Of a DNA stretch of 50,775 bases, positions 12,128-26,008 are shown piece after piece. The stretch comes from Trypethelium eluteriae. Taxonomy: Eukaryota. The DNA lies in the NCBI GenBank assembly GCA_051942245.1, contig JAVECL010000114.1, positions 1-50,775 on the forward strand, given 5' to 3'. Within the stretch, counting starts at the first letter, position 1, and each line of letters begins with the position of its first letter. The notes under the pieces were generated by a model that made no database searches, was not told where the DNA came from, and was given only the letters and a program-made list of their open reading frames with translations. A program made the position numbers and the translations under genes.

Positions 12128-15100
12128 TCAAGCATCCGCCGACCCACTGAAATCAACGAAGATGCCCTCCTTGTCCATAGAGACCCCTTCTCCAGGGACG
12201 ACCTTCAAGGCCTGTCCAAAATACACATCCGTAATCTTTAAATCAGGTCTCAACGCAGTGTACTGCAAGCCGTCCTCCTTCATGGTAACTGGCATGATTT
12301 GGTATTGTACCGTATGGCGACTGAGCGGCACGAGATTCAAGTTTGTGCTCTTCGAACCGCTGAAAGCGAAATCTTCGCTGGCGTCCATAGCCATGGAAAA
12401 GGTGAGGAAGTGCATGGTTGGGTTCTCAATCGTGTAACTTAGGAGTATTACTGGGTGATCCTTGGGGGCGTCACCGAAACGAGAAGCAGTGCAGACTACA
12501 CGAGGCTCCGGAGTAGTGATGATAAAAGGCGAAAGCAAAAGTGACGTCGTGACTGGCATCTTTGTGGTCTTCGAGTTGCTACTGGCCTCGTGGTCTGCCA
12601 CAATTCCTACCCCGTTGTCGGGCTCTGCGCGTCGCCAGATAACGTCAAGGCCTAGATCAAGAGTCGCTGGATGCCGCTCCTCAGGGTCTACAGTCCGTAC
12701 GACAAGCTCGAACTCATAGGTATGCTGTTGAGCAGGAACGAGACGTGATGAATGTGACTGTTTGCGGGCCATGATGGTATAGAGAGCAGGATTGTAGGTT
12801 TTCGTGCAGTACAGTGCTACGTCGTTCATGACCAAATCGTCAGACGCAGACGATGTTACTCGGGCAGAGATCAGCCATGCACGAGCTATTCCAGAATCAA
12901 GCTCAGGGGGTAGTGAGCTTGTATCCGAGGAGACCTGTTCGATGGATTTTTCGAGGGAGAAGAAATCGGGCCAAGGCTCGGGATGAATGTGTGTGGAAAC
13001 CTGGTAATCTGCCTCCAGAGGGTTGCTTACTTCAAGGCTTGCAGAGAAGTTTTTTGACACTGGGGTTTCGGGGTCACTGGTTAAGAAATACGTCGAGGCA
13101 ATTTGCACAGACAAGGAAGTTGGTTCGGTCGGGGCAGTGAATGACACTGCAAACGTCTGTCTCTGCAAGGGATTCATCTGCCCGATCTGGACAACCTTCT
13201 CTGATTCAACAAATCCGTCGCTCGCTTGTTCAGTAGCCTTGATTGCTACAGAAGATAAAACAAGGTCACAGCTAAGCTCCTGACCCAAGGCATCTAGGAT
13301 CACGAGTTTCGCCTCAACATTAGCTTCTTCTTCCTCGTTATTGATAAGCTCTATCTCCATAAGAATGGCTTCACCAATGTAGTACTGGCTAGAGATGCTA
13401 GGGAAAGCAATTTCCATCTTTGGTGGTTTCGGGAAAATCGTGATCGCCGTTGGATCGTCGAGGGGCAGATGTCTCTTAGTCACACCATTTCCGCTCTCAA
13501 TGTACCAGTCTTCAGATGACTCTCCGGAGACAATCGGTGTCGAATAGTTCAGACCGAAGACAGAAGCATCAATAGAGACGGTTGCCCGGACTGCACGCAC
13601 ATTAGCTGCTTCTCTGTAGACTATCGGACATTCAAGGATGATGATCTGTTCCGGGAGTAAAGTCAGGTCTGCAGAGCCGCTAAGAATATGTGCTGACTTT
13701 CGCTGAATCTCACTCGTCAACGTGACATGTTGTACATGAGATTCTTCACTATTCCCCCTGGATGATGAGGCGGAGAGGCCATGATGATTGATGCGCATTT
13801 GCTCGAGGGATCCTTCAAATTGTATCGTGATCGAGCTGAGAGTGACCGGAGACGAGTGTTTGTGGGCTGAGGAGCTGATTATGCACTGCGTCAAGGCCGG
13901 CTCTCCTACATGACCCTCTGCATTGGCGAAGTTGAACGACACAGAAACTAAAACTTCTATCAGTGGATCAGCCTCCCCTGGCCAGAAATAAATGCTCACC
14001 AAATGAGCACACATTTTCCCCTTGCAAAGAAACCACGGGGTTTTCTTGTGTCCCATCGGCTCCTGACTGAATAGTGTCTACACAACGGGCCAAATCATAT
14101 GTATGGCTGCGCTTGGAGGGAAAGACTTTATCATAGCTCAGTTCAGTGAAAAGATCTACTTCGAATGAACACAACTCACCACTACACAAGAGCTCCCAAC
14201 TGGCAGCAACAGTGAGAATGACATTTTTCGAGGCAATAGCACATTCATACAGAGCCCAAATCACTTCAAAAGCCAGTCGCCACCAACCTTCTGCTCTCCA
14301 GGCCATACTTTGCCACACTGGTTGGAGTACCTCAAGTGCCTGGGGGTACTTCTTAACTCTCATGAATTCTTTGGCGCGGTCGAGTTCCAGCCGCGACGCA
14401 AATCGATGTTGACCTCGCGCCACAAATTCATTGCTAGATTCATTCAGGACTTCCCGAACCTTTGCACCATGATCGACACTGAACTCCAGATGAGGTTCAG
14501 GACAGAGATAATAGTCGTATGTTTGTGACCTATTGGCAACTTTTGTCGCCGGTGATTGGCCTGGTGGTGTGCGATCTTCCTCTGGGATCTCCTCCGCCAA
14601 TTTTCTTCGATTCGTAGTGTGCCGTGCAGATAGCCAAAGCCAGTAACCAGGGTGTGCAAGAAGATGCCAAGGCGGTAATCGCTCACCAACGGGGAAGAGT
14701 TTCTCAGCTGGTGCAAAAACCATGACTTCTTGCGTCACATTTGCATCAACGCCTGGACAGGGTCTTGGCGCACTGAGGCTTTGCACTCTGGATGCCTTCG
14801 TAGTCTCAGCCATAACATTGGCCCACCTAGCCATCCATACTTGCCATCCGTATGTCGCAGTTCCTTTTCCGCGTCGATCGAGTACGCTCCTAACGCTATC
14901 ACGATACTTTATCCAGAACTGTACTGCACTCGTGGTTTGACTGTTCCAGAGAAAGCATCGTATTATTCGTAAAGCGAGAGCGTCGGCCAGTAGCCGAGCT
15001 TCATCCCACCTCCCAGACCAACTGTGAGTGCTCTCAAATATGCCATCAGAGCCCAGCAACGTCTCCAGTGCTTGTGTATAGTTGCGACCCGCAGCTTCCA

Positions 15101-16131
15101 TCTCTTGACGAAATTCCGCGAAGATGCCACCTTTGAAGTCATATCGTGCACTCCAACCCTGCGCCGAGAGCGTTTGAGAGGTGCCCTTTGTGGGTGGCGC
15201 AGTAGGCGGTGGAACAGCTCCACGGCCTTTCTTCCTGCGCGCATGCTTTGTCAGATCGCGATAGTATTCAACACAAACCGGTTGTAACGTAGAAAGGATG
15301 CTTGTACTAAAGGCCGATAATTCCACCCTGGAAGTATTGGGAGGCAAGAAAAACAGACAAGTTTTCGGGTCAAGTCCGGTCGCTCTTCTAATTATTGCAA
15401 GCCGTTCCTCGATTTCTGGAGCTTCCAGGATAGTCTTTTCGCTCATCAAAACGATAGCATAACGTGTTCGATGGCCTGACCTACTCAGTACATTCTTCGC
15501 GTTATTGATCTCATTTTTGAGTTGATTGTCGTTGAGGCTATCACGACTTGGATCGGATGAGAACGTGACAACTGAAACAAACACAGCAGGCACATTGTAC
15601 TGATGTTTCTCCAACCATAGTGGGGTCATGATTCCATCAGGATATATGGGGGATGCCGGGGAAAGTGGCGAGAGCGGCGAATGAAGGGCTCGACTAGTTG
15701 GGTGATTAATTGATTGACTATTATGAGGAGACATTGTAGGGGACGTCGGAGGCGGCGCTGCTTTGCGCGGTGGTAAGGTGTATTTCTGTTTTACCAGTAA
15801 GCTTTACTCCTTCAATTCGTAGCGACTTGAAACAGTGAGCCAGACCTACCCTCCCAACTGCCTCGAGTTGAAAGCCGATGAGGCCCGCCCTATTTGAATC
15901 CACTTTCCCAGCATCAGATTTTAAATTGCCACTTGCAGCCATGAGGTCGTAGAGAAGCGCGTCGGCTCGTTCCCCAGTTACCAATGGCAAATCAGACTGG
16001 ATCGTCGCTCCATCGCCGTGCGGTAGACGATGGGTTGCATCCTGACCCTTATCCCCCAGTCGTTCACCTAAGCCGGACAGGACAATCAAGGGATAATTAT
16101 GGGTGATATAGGAATCCGGATAGTCATCCAT
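12128..16131 (-). CDS. TRAPPC11: Trafficking protein particle complex subunit 11 (Foie gras/Gryzun domains)
   Basis: Multi-exon gene with introns at about 15849-15786, 14177-14127 and 14000-13950. Starts MDDYP..YITHNYPLIVLSGL; contains YYRDLTKHARRKK, RYDFKGGIFAEFRQE and the C-terminal YTIENPTMHFLTF...FAFSG. Confidence 0.88.
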
Positions 16132-16635
16132 TTTGTAGGAAATGCCGAGGCAACCTGGTGCAAGACATTGACGCGGGCCAGTACTAAGGGTTGAGAGACA
16201 GCCACAGAATTTGTTCAGAAAGCTCTGTCCAGAGGGTATGGCTAATTCGGTTGAGAGCTCTTGCAGTTGCTATTGAGAAGACATGCTTATTGCTGAGGTA
16301 CGGAGTACCTTAAGCTTGACCCTGGGCCAGACCTGTTCGTCATGCGGCGCTGGAGGCGGTGGCAGAATCACCTGCTATGATCGCGATGGGCTATCTTCGT
16401 GGTCTTCATTGTGCTCCTACTAGACCTCACAACCAGCTAAAGACCAAGCTGAAACTCTGGTCGTAACAATCGCATGCTGACGCTTTCTACTGATTTTCAA
16501 ACGTCACGGCCGTCCTTCGGCTCTTCACCTCTGAACCTTCCTACTTCAGTCACGCGGTAGAAGTCGGTCATTCTCAAATTACGGACTACTGCATAATTCG
16601 CGAACCCTTTGCTTCGGTCCGAGTGAACTATCGCC

Positions 16636-18332
16636 ATGGCAGGACAGCAAATATTCATTGAGGAAACAATACGAGCGATGAAGAAAGCTAGTTCTCGAGA
16701 AGACAATGGTGAGGGTTCCGCCAGCTCTCTTTGTTCGTGAGACGGGCTAATCACGGGCACTTGGTACAGCTTCCGACTCCGACGAATCCATAGTTCAAAG
16801 CACAAATCGGGGCAATAAAATGAAGCGAAAGGCAAAGTATGTGCAAGAGGGAAAGCTAAACAACCCAAACGGACCTCAGGCATATAAAAGAGTGCGTCAA
16901 GCCCCTAACAGCGAGCGCGATACTGGGTTTAACATGCATATGCTAAGAGTACTGCCTGTTAGAAAGTTGAGCATAATGGATACACTCGTGAGATCATTAG
17001 TAGAAATCCTATGCGCTTTGACGAAGATGGCGACGAGCTCGAAGATGAAGAAATCTCGGATAACGCAGAGATCGACGAAGAAGATCCCTACAGTGGGATA
17101 GTTATTGAAGGTAGTCCTCTTTCAGAGAACTTCGAGAAGGAATGCCTTACTGAGGATTGCTTTCAGACCTGCTTGGACCCTTGACCTCTGTCGCCGATTT
17201 ACCAAAGCACCCCTCACTTTCGATACCATATACTTCTCCGGCGATTGCTGAGCTAGCACAGAATGCAGCCGAAATGGTGCGAAGAGAGAATGCCACACTC
17301 TGGCGTATGAAACAAATGTTCACACAATTGCGTGGAGATGAAATTTGGGCACCCTGTGGAATCTTCGAGGCCGAGGGCGATCGATTGATGTTTGCCCGCT
17401 CTCAAGACATGAATGCTGGTCGCACATCGAGCAGTCGGCGTACCGACCTCCTAGATTCGTTCGGGAAAGACGTGGCGGCTGTGGGCACAGGGAGCAAGCT
17501 AGCATCGAGTTTGACCGCGGCGCGCGGTCCCGGCAACTCCATGAATCCTGACTCCACGAACCAAAGTGCGATCAATGGGACAGATGTGAAGAACGGTGTT
17601 TTGGGAGAGTCTATCGCGTCGCAAGATGTCTCTCCAGCCAATGGGCATGTGGCAGGCGAGGGGAACAACGCAGATCTCCTTGATAAGCATAGCAACCCTA
17701 GTTCCCTGAATGATCCACAGGCAGAAACAGAACACCGCATTCAAGGGGATCACCCTTCGACAGGAGCAAATGCGTCGGTTGGTCTGGAGAATGGCACCAT
17801 CCCAGCCACTAACTCAGCAAGTGCTACTGAAGAACTTCCGGATGCGCAAGCGGGAGACGAAGGAGAGGAGGAAGGTACCACGAGCTCTGAACCGCTGTCA
17901 CATCGCATGACGACGCGAGCGCAGGCCAAAGCCCCTCTCTCCAAAGATCCGTCTTCGCCGACAGCCTCCGAAGAAACATGGATCCATCCGATATTCTCGG
18001 TCCCCGCTTCTGCCCTGCCAGACAGGGATTTTGGTCTTCCAGATTTTGAAGCCGATGAGACGCGCAAACTGCTAATGTTATACGTTCAAAAACAGGAGGA
18101 GGTGGTTAGAGGTGCCCAAACTTTATATAAGGGCTTGCTGCGAGCCAATCGAATGAAGAACGATGTGTTCAAGTGGAGCAAGGCAGAAGGACATTTGGGC
18201 GAAATGAGTGATGGCGAAGACTGGTATGATAAAGAGGAATGGAAACTAGATGACGATCTTGTGAAGGGTAGAGAAGAGGAAGAAGATGAAACAAACTTGC
18301 CTGGGAAGAAAACGAGACAGAGGCGGCAATGA
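16636..18332 (+). CDS. RXT2: Rpd3L histone deacetylase complex subunit Rxt2-like
   Basis: ATG 16636; introns 16709-16769, 16892-16962 and 17111-17166. TNRGNKMKRKAKYVQEG, LLGPLTSVADLPKHPSLS and VFKWSKAEGHLGEMSDGEDWYDKEEW match the RXT2_N family. Confidence 0.82.
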
Positions 18333-18713
18333 CGCTGTTTCCATATCATTATTTTGGGTGGAGAACTTGACGGGCTTTCAGAAGCGATCGACACCCATTG
18401 TGTTTTGTGCGAGCAGTTTAGTCTTCCCAATGGTAAAGGTTGGAGAAAGCTACTTAGCGATTTGTAAATTATGGAGCTGCTCGCCTTGATTGTTTGCGAC
18501 GACGACTACTGCGGTGGACTACCACGACTAGCCATATGCTTGGTGCGGCTTTGCCCTATGACGTAGGTTTGTCCGCCTGCTAATGAACAGCGTCCAAATT
18601 TTTCCGCATGGCCCAGAGCGTCTCCAATTTGGTTTCTTGTAGTGTTCTTTCAATAATCATCTAGAGTCTTCTTGTCAGAATTTCCTGAGAAGAGTTACGA
18701 GGTTCTATCCAAA

Positions 18714-19763
18714 ATGGTTGAATCGATTGACTTCAGCCAGCCCACCTTCTGGGGTAAGATATGGGAGCAAAAAGCAAACAAAGCCTTCCCAAAGCCTAAC
18801 TTCATGTCACTGTAGTTGCGGTTGGAGCCATCGCGTTCAATCCCACATTCTGGAAGTGAGAAATCTCCTCGAGTCCCAATCTAGACGTTGCTTTGAATTA
18901 ATTGACACGAATGTAGTTGCGCGGCAAGGTCAGGTTGGTGCATTAGTTCCTCCTTTACCCAGAACAAGAAAGGCATAATTCTTCTTTACAAACCGGAGTA
19001 ACATAGCCTCTCCATAGAATACTACTACAAGACGATCACCAAACTCTTCGGAGGTAAATCCTTATATGGCTGCTACGCTCTTGCCATCACCATCTTCTCG
19101 ATTGGGGTTATACGAGATGCGATGTACGTTTCCCAGTCTCATCCCCTCATGCACCTTCCTCCCAGTTATCTCCAGGGTCTCTCTCTCTCCTTATCATCTT
19201 CATCTTATCGACAGGACAAACTAACCCAACCCTCCCATACCCCAGTTACGAACGCGCCCTTCGCTCCCAACCCACACACCCCCTCCTGCAAGGCGCCCTT
19301 CCTGAACTCCTCGGCATCCTCCTCTTCGGCGCAGGCAATCTATTCGTGCTCTCTAGCATGTGGGCACTCGGCATCACAGGCACCTACCTAGGCGACTACT
19401 TCGGTATCCTGATGGACGAGCCCGTTACCTCGTTCCCATTCAATGTGATCGACGCGCCGATGTACTACGGCAGCACGCTGAGCTTCGCCGGGACAGCGAT
19501 CTGGTGGGGGAAGCCGGCCGGGCTGCTACTGACCTGTGAGGTTTTGGCAGTCTACATTGTGGCTTTACAGTTTGAGGAGTGAGTTTGTCATTTCATATTT
19601 TTTACCCTGCGCCTTAGTCGGTATCGGAATGCTAGGGACTTACGTGTACTGATGAGGCTGTAGCCCGTTCACCTCGGAGATTTATGCGAAGAGAGATCGG
19701 GATCGGCAACAGGAGAAGCTGGGTGGAGGGAAGACCCGCCAGGAGGTCAAGAAGGAATTATAG
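18714..19763 (+). CDS. OPI3: Phosphatidyl-N-methylethanolamine N-methyltransferase
   Basis: Six exons, including a 17-nt micro-exon at 18917-18933. Spliced product reads IAFNPTFWNCAARSEY...ALGITGTYLGDYFGILMD...FPFNVIDAPMYYGSTL...FEDPFTSEIY. Confidence 0.93.
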
Positions 19764-20182
19764 GCGGACTAGGGAGGATCTGTGAGCTCAAAATAACCTT
19801 TGGGGTGGGAAGTGAGAAGCTCAAAAGTGCGAGCGAATTAGAGCGAGATCATTTGTTCAACACAAATGTTCACTCGGCCGCTAAGACGAGCTTCGGCCCA
19901 ATAGACAGGGGCGGGTAGCACTGAATTTGGCATGGAGGTCAGTTGTGCAATAGTGGGAAAGGGATTAGAGAAAATGTTCAGTCATAACGATGGTAACTAT
20001 CGTAGTTCTATGGATTACAATGCATAATATATTCCCTATAACAGGCACGTGTACAGTTTCCCAGCTACTGCGAAACAAAAACATCGCAAGACTTTGCTAG
20101 CTGCGTCCTATAGCCAGAAGAAATAGTTCGAATGAAGACTTAGTCATTGTACCAAAGGGTTTCCGAATAGCCTTCGCGTCAG

Positions 20183-22252
20183 TCAGGTTGGACTGGTATA
20201 TGGTAACAAGCCGTTGTTGTCGCAGGTGAATGGCCCTCCAAACGATGCTTGGTGATAACCTTGAATAATGCTCTCTACGGAAGCCTACGGTTGGTGTTAA
20301 TTAGTGAACCCCATGATTGGTGAAACTGAGCTCGGACTTACGTATGTCCCACCAGAGAGAAACAAGAGACCGATGCCAATCAGGATGATGTTGAAGATCG
20401 CACCCAGGGGACCTTTGATGCCTCTAGTCTTCCAATGCCAGAATTCAGGCCCGTAGTCCGCACGTCGCATGCGAAGATATGCTACGCCCCAGAAGATGAA
20501 TCCAAAGAAAGAGTCAAACAGACTGCTCATCAGACTTAAGAGGTCCGCAAAGAAGGGAATCACTTCAGCAATTATGAATGCCAAAATCCAAAGGGAGATT
20601 AGGATCAGAGCCCAGCTAACCCATCCGACAACGGTGTGCGAGCCCATGTGAACAGTTCCTTGGAAGATACTGAAGAAGACGAACCGGGCCGAGACGGACG
20701 CATAAAGTACACCTAAAAAGATGATTGTCGGGATCATGAAGCTGAAGGAGACTTTGAGGAATGTCTCATTACCCAAAGAACCAAAGGCAGGCGATACGTT
20801 GTACTGTGTACCAGTGTAGGCATAGACAATGGAGCCAACCAAAGAAAACACAATCACCTCTGCAATGGTGACGGCCCAGAGCGCCTTGGGGAAGTCCCTG
20901 GGATTTTTCATCTCTGCGATAAAGGACGGGATTGTAATTTGGCCAATAAAAGTGTAGCTAATATTCATGAATGCATTCATGCCTGCAACGAAAGTAGTGC
21001 CAGCCTTGGGTACGGAAAGGACCAAGGGCTCGTTTCCCGGGACGTATCCGCCAGGATGGGATTCCACCCCTGCGAAGATCATCGCAAGAAAGACGGACAG
21101 GAATGTGAACAAGGCAGAGACAGTAGCTAATCGCGCAAGTCCTGAAAAAGTTCTCGGGAGGGAAGCGAAAAAAGAGACGATGGCGACAATGGCGCTGAAA
21201 GCGATGGTGCAGATCCGATGGTCGGGATACGTCATTGTATTCAGGTATTTGGATCCGACGAGACAGTGGAACCCCTAATTCGTGATCATTAGTTTTTCTA
21301 GCGCTAGGTATATATATACGATGCACATTAGTGGATGCGCGAGTGAATGCAATATCGTACCTGAATGAAGGTGTTGTTGAGAATGAACATGATTCCGGTG
21401 AACCACCAAGCCCACTTTTGACCCCAAAAGAGCATCTGTCCAATATCGCAGACATCGCGAACTTCTGGATGCCTCAAGCAGAATTCCCTTTATTGACGTT
21501 AGTAAACATTCCTTCATATCTCATGTGAGGGCGGACTTACCAGACAGTCAAGGAAGTGTAAAGAACAAGTGCAGCAACAACCACGGTCAAAATCAGACCA
21601 GGAACAAGCCCCAGGACTGAGTAAGAGTATGGGAAGGACATGATGGCCAAGCAAATGTATTCAGAGAATAATAGTGCGGCAGTCTGCGTAGCCACGTACC
21701 ACGTTAGTGTTATGCTTTCCCAACATCGTCCGAAGCGGAAAGCTAGTTTACGGTCGAAAAGAAATAAAGTTGGAAACAAGAAGAAACATAAAGGTAAGAG
21801 GGCCAAGTATGTGAGTCTATACTCTAACATAACGTGACCAACGGCGCAAATCGTCGCGGGTTCTCCCATAATGTACAGAAATGTGCAGTCAATGACACCG
21901 TCTTTTCTGCAGCTCTCATTTCTCAGAGCAGATTGATGGAGCAGTGCTTTATGGGACTGGATTGGCATAGGTTTCAAAAGAGATACAAGAAAAATGGCGA
22001 AGTTACCTTGGGCCAACTGCAAGTACGATACTTGATCGCATTGTCTTGCTCCAGTTCCATCTGCTTGTCAATAGACATTTGCGTTTCCGTCATATCATCG
22101 CCTTCGCCTCCAATGACGATAGGCTTAACGATTGGCTTGTCAATGCGGCTCATTCTACGAGGACCGTCCATTCTCTCGGTTTCGTATCCATTGCCAACCG
22201 AATCGACATCCTTCTCGGTGCTGGAACCGCCAACAAGGCCGCCTAACGCCAT
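20183..22252 (-). CDS. Neutral amino acid permease (Aa_trans family, N. crassa Mtr-like)
   Basis: Multi-exon gene from ATG 22252. Motifs IKYRTCSWPK, TAALLFSEYICLAIMSFP and FIGQITIPSFIAEMKNPRDFPKAL; many TM segments; last exon ends GGPFTCDNNGLLPYTSPT*. Confidence 0.9.
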
Positions 22253-23471
22253 TTTATCAAGCGAATCGCTCGAATGAAAGAAGTGGAGTAGAAAAGAGCT
22301 GGTGAATAGATCTCTGGCAGCATGGGCCTCTTCGAGAGAGAAAGGCTGACCAGGGCAGAGAGGCGCGCAACGAGGTGAGCCGCTCGTTAACGGGCCGATC
22401 AAAAACTGGACTGTCTTAAAGGGTTTCGAGGATATGGAGTAGTCAGATAAAGAGGACTTGGGCGGCAGACGGAAAGATATATGTTAAAAAGAGCACGTAA
22501 AGCTAGTGGATCCAGAAGGCGAGAGGCTGAAAAGCTGCAGTAGTGGAGGAGCCCGGCGTGGGGTTGGCCTAAGGATCTGACTGAGGTTACTTGAAATTTT
22601 CTTTGGTGGCGCACCAAACCTCCTCCGTATCTCATAGGCTTACACGGGACGAAATGCACGGGGAAGCTAAGCCTGCCGCGATGTAGTTAGTGATGGAGAG
22701 ATTAGTGTTGGCTGATCCGTCTCCGGTTGACGTTGGGACGAAATCCTTCTAGGACTCGAGCGACCGTTCAACTCCTCAATCACGCAATAAGAGTGGCGTT
22801 AATGGCTCTTCTTCCTCCTTCGTCACGCTCCACATCCTTAATCGTGTCACCTAACTGTTCGTGACTTTAGCGTGTATGTAGCATTCTCATTGCGAGCCCA
22901 TTGTACGCCCTAATCATTAAGTACTACCGACATAGGAATCCTCGCCTTTCAAGATCCTATCATTGCTTCCTTTTTCATCGAACTTTATCATACGTATTGA
23001 CAAAATCACCAGGTACTCAACTGATTCCAGGGACATTAACTTAAGCTTATTCGCAAATCTGGTGTTCGGCGCCATCTATAGGGTTGAGTCGCATTACATG
23101 CTCAGCCATCCGCTTGCGAAGGACCGAGCTAGATAGAGAGGCTCTACTTATACGTAAACGTAACTTACAATAAATGGCAAATGGATTGTGGTGAAAACGC
23201 TGAGATAGATATGGCATAAGCGGCTGGAGTCAATGGGATGTTTGCTCCTACTGCAAATAAGTTGGCCCCAAAAATATTGAAAGGTTGGAAGTTAATTGAA
23301 TGCTCGGCGGTTTAGCAAGGTGAGGACCATCACAGCTTCGCTAACCTGCTGTACTCCAATGGGATGTTCTTGGCCAAAGCTTAGAAATATCACCTAAGAT
23401 CAAGTGAAAGATGTAACTGATAGTATAGTATGTACTAAGATGAAGAGCAAGGTGAGCAAGGTCAGTCAAAA

Positions 23472-25700
23472 CTATAGTTTCACACTCTTGACAAGCCCCT
23501 TTCTGATTCCCGTCAGTTCTCCCTAGAGATAGTGGGTTAGCGAAGCCATAATTTATCACTCGATCTTGGACATGAAGGGAATGCCTACCGCGTATCCTCC
23601 TTTGCCTTCGCCCCCTTTATATATCGGTTTCATCGACGCCAGCTTCTTCTTCTTCTGATCAAACCTGTGACTCTAGTTAGTGATAAAGGCATGTATCAGC
23701 TCGACAGTAGACCTCACTTCTTCCGTTTCTTGACACGCGGATTCCTGACATCCTTCGAGCGTTTGCTTGTTAAGCCTTTGTTTTTCATTATCGAATATGA
23801 GACCGCACGCTTTCCGTCCGCTCCAATCTCTCCCTCTGTCTCGACCACCCTCGCTCCCTCTTTTGCAGCCTGCGAATAGGCTTGTGCTCGATCGCGCTTG
23901 TCCTGCTTTCGTTGCTTCGATCGCGCCGCAACCATGTCATAGTAATCCTCGGCACCATCCTCACCACGCACTTCCCGTGCTTGCCTGTGGTCTTCTTCAT
24001 CACTTTCGCCACCCAGAGCAGTCGCGTCGCCAATCTTCTTCTTCCCTCGCTTTTCTGCCTCAACGTTGAGCCTGGCTTGCCGGTCCTTCAATCGCTCCCG
24101 ATACGGGATATCCATGTCTCCACCGGCGTCCCTTCCCGCTGCTCCCCGTTTATTCGACTTCTGGGCAATCTGTGAAGTGTAGAATCGAAGACTCTTTTTT
24201 CTCTTTGCTTTCTCGGCAATGTCCGGCACGGTCAACTGGTCTTCTTCGCCAAAGTCTGAATCCTGGTCAATGGGCCCCTGACTCTTTCGTACCAATGTTC
24301 TTCTTGACTTAGGACCAATCTTCGTGTGAGTTAGGTCATCCAATGTAGCCAGATCTTCTTCCATTTCACGTATTCGCTCTGCACGATGTGCTGCAGCCTC
24401 GGCTTGAGCTTGTGATTCTTTGTGTGAGCGGCGAGACTTTTTAGTTCGATCATTCGTTCGCCTGTGAGCTGTTCTGATATCGGCAAAGATGGCAGCGGGC
24501 ACTGCATCTGATCCAGAATTGGTGGTCTCTTCCACGCTTGGAGAAAGCCTGGCATTGATGCTCAAATGCGTCCTTCTTTCTGGAATTTTTATATTCCTGA
24601 CTTTTGACCATATGTTTCGAGAGTAAACCAGATTTTCCATGATCTCGTGGTTTCGTAGATCGGTTGCAGGTAGGGGCAAAAGGGTTGAATCGTCACTTTC
24701 AGCGGCCGTAGAAGTCAAGAAAGCAAAATATAGAGACAGACCTGCTAGATAGAGAGATAACGCCTGGTGCTGAACCTGTAAAACGTTGGTCCTTGCATTA
24801 CCTTGATGCTCTCCAGCAGGCTTGAATCCATTAGCTGGAATTGCATCATTTTGATAGCATTCAGCAAGCTCTTGTGAAATTTCTCGATGGCGCTCTTGCA
24901 GGTCCAACAGATCCTTTGACAATGGCTCAAATTCTGGGTACCTTCCCTTCAGGACCTTAAGGCGTTCAGGGAAACTCATTTCATCAGTTATCTGGAGCTG
25001 CGGTAGCGTCTCCGTCACAATAGCATCGTGCTTTGAGGGATCAAACTCAGTTCCTGACGGTTCCTGGGTAGACCATTCGGTTTCATCAAATCCATAATCG
25101 GACTCGGCCATATTCTTCAAATGCTTTTGCTGCAGTCGCATTGCTTCCGCCTCTTCCTCCAAAGCATCTTGCTCGGTTTCAATAACGTCAGCATTGTAGT
25201 AATCTCGTTTGGAAGGGCCCCAGCTTCCTGCAAAGTCATCCAGCTCTTCCTTCGTGGAACCTTGATCCTCCTCTTCTATGAGCTCATCTTCATCCAGATC
25301 TTGGTGTTTCTTCCTGCGAGAGGATCGAGAGATACTGCTCTGTTGCGCAGGATCCTCATCGGTGGGAAGTTCGGATTGGTCATCCTCGCTATCTTCCGTA
25401 GGGGTGGGTGAGTAGGCTAGAATTTCTTCGTCGGACGGCTCAAGAGTATCGTCTGTGAATGAAAGGCGTTAGAAATCTAGCAGGCTCATATATGCTGCAC
25501 TTACCATGTTCGTATATTAGCCGCTGCCTTTTCGCCGCAGGTGTCTCTTCGAGGATAACTTTATCTCTGTTCAGATGAAACTCATCTTCAGAGTCGGCCA
25601 CATCTTCAAATGTCTCTATCCGCAGTTGGGAGTCGGATGAATTCCTTGGTTTTCCAGCGATAGAAGTAGTTTGACGAGACGCCTTTCGTTTCTTTACCAT
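23472..25700 (-). CDS. SAS10: SSU processome subunit Sas10/Utp3
   Basis: Acidic N-terminus and KKKSLRFYTSQI; the Sas10 C-terminal motif KNKGLT..RSKDVRNPRVKKRKKF...GGYAGELTGIRKGLVKSVKL* assembles across introns. Confidence 0.92.
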
Positions 25701-26008
25701 TTTGGGAAAGGTCTTGATAGTTGCGCGAGGAAGATGGTAGTCGCCAACTGCCTGCAGTCCTGTACCGTACAGAGAACGACTTATCGATAATGATGTGGTG
25801 TGTGGTTAGGGACAAACATTAATTGTGCACTAGCCTCAGTCAGTAGTATTTGACTCGCATAATTTTCAGCCACTAATCCACCGATCCTGATCCCTAAATT
25901 AGTTAGCGCGGGGAAAGCTCGCTCCTTCGCTGGGACTGGGCAAGACATTTAATTTGCTGGTAAGATTGTCAGCGAGCGTGTTCTACAATGTCATCTTAGA
26001 TAGCACCG

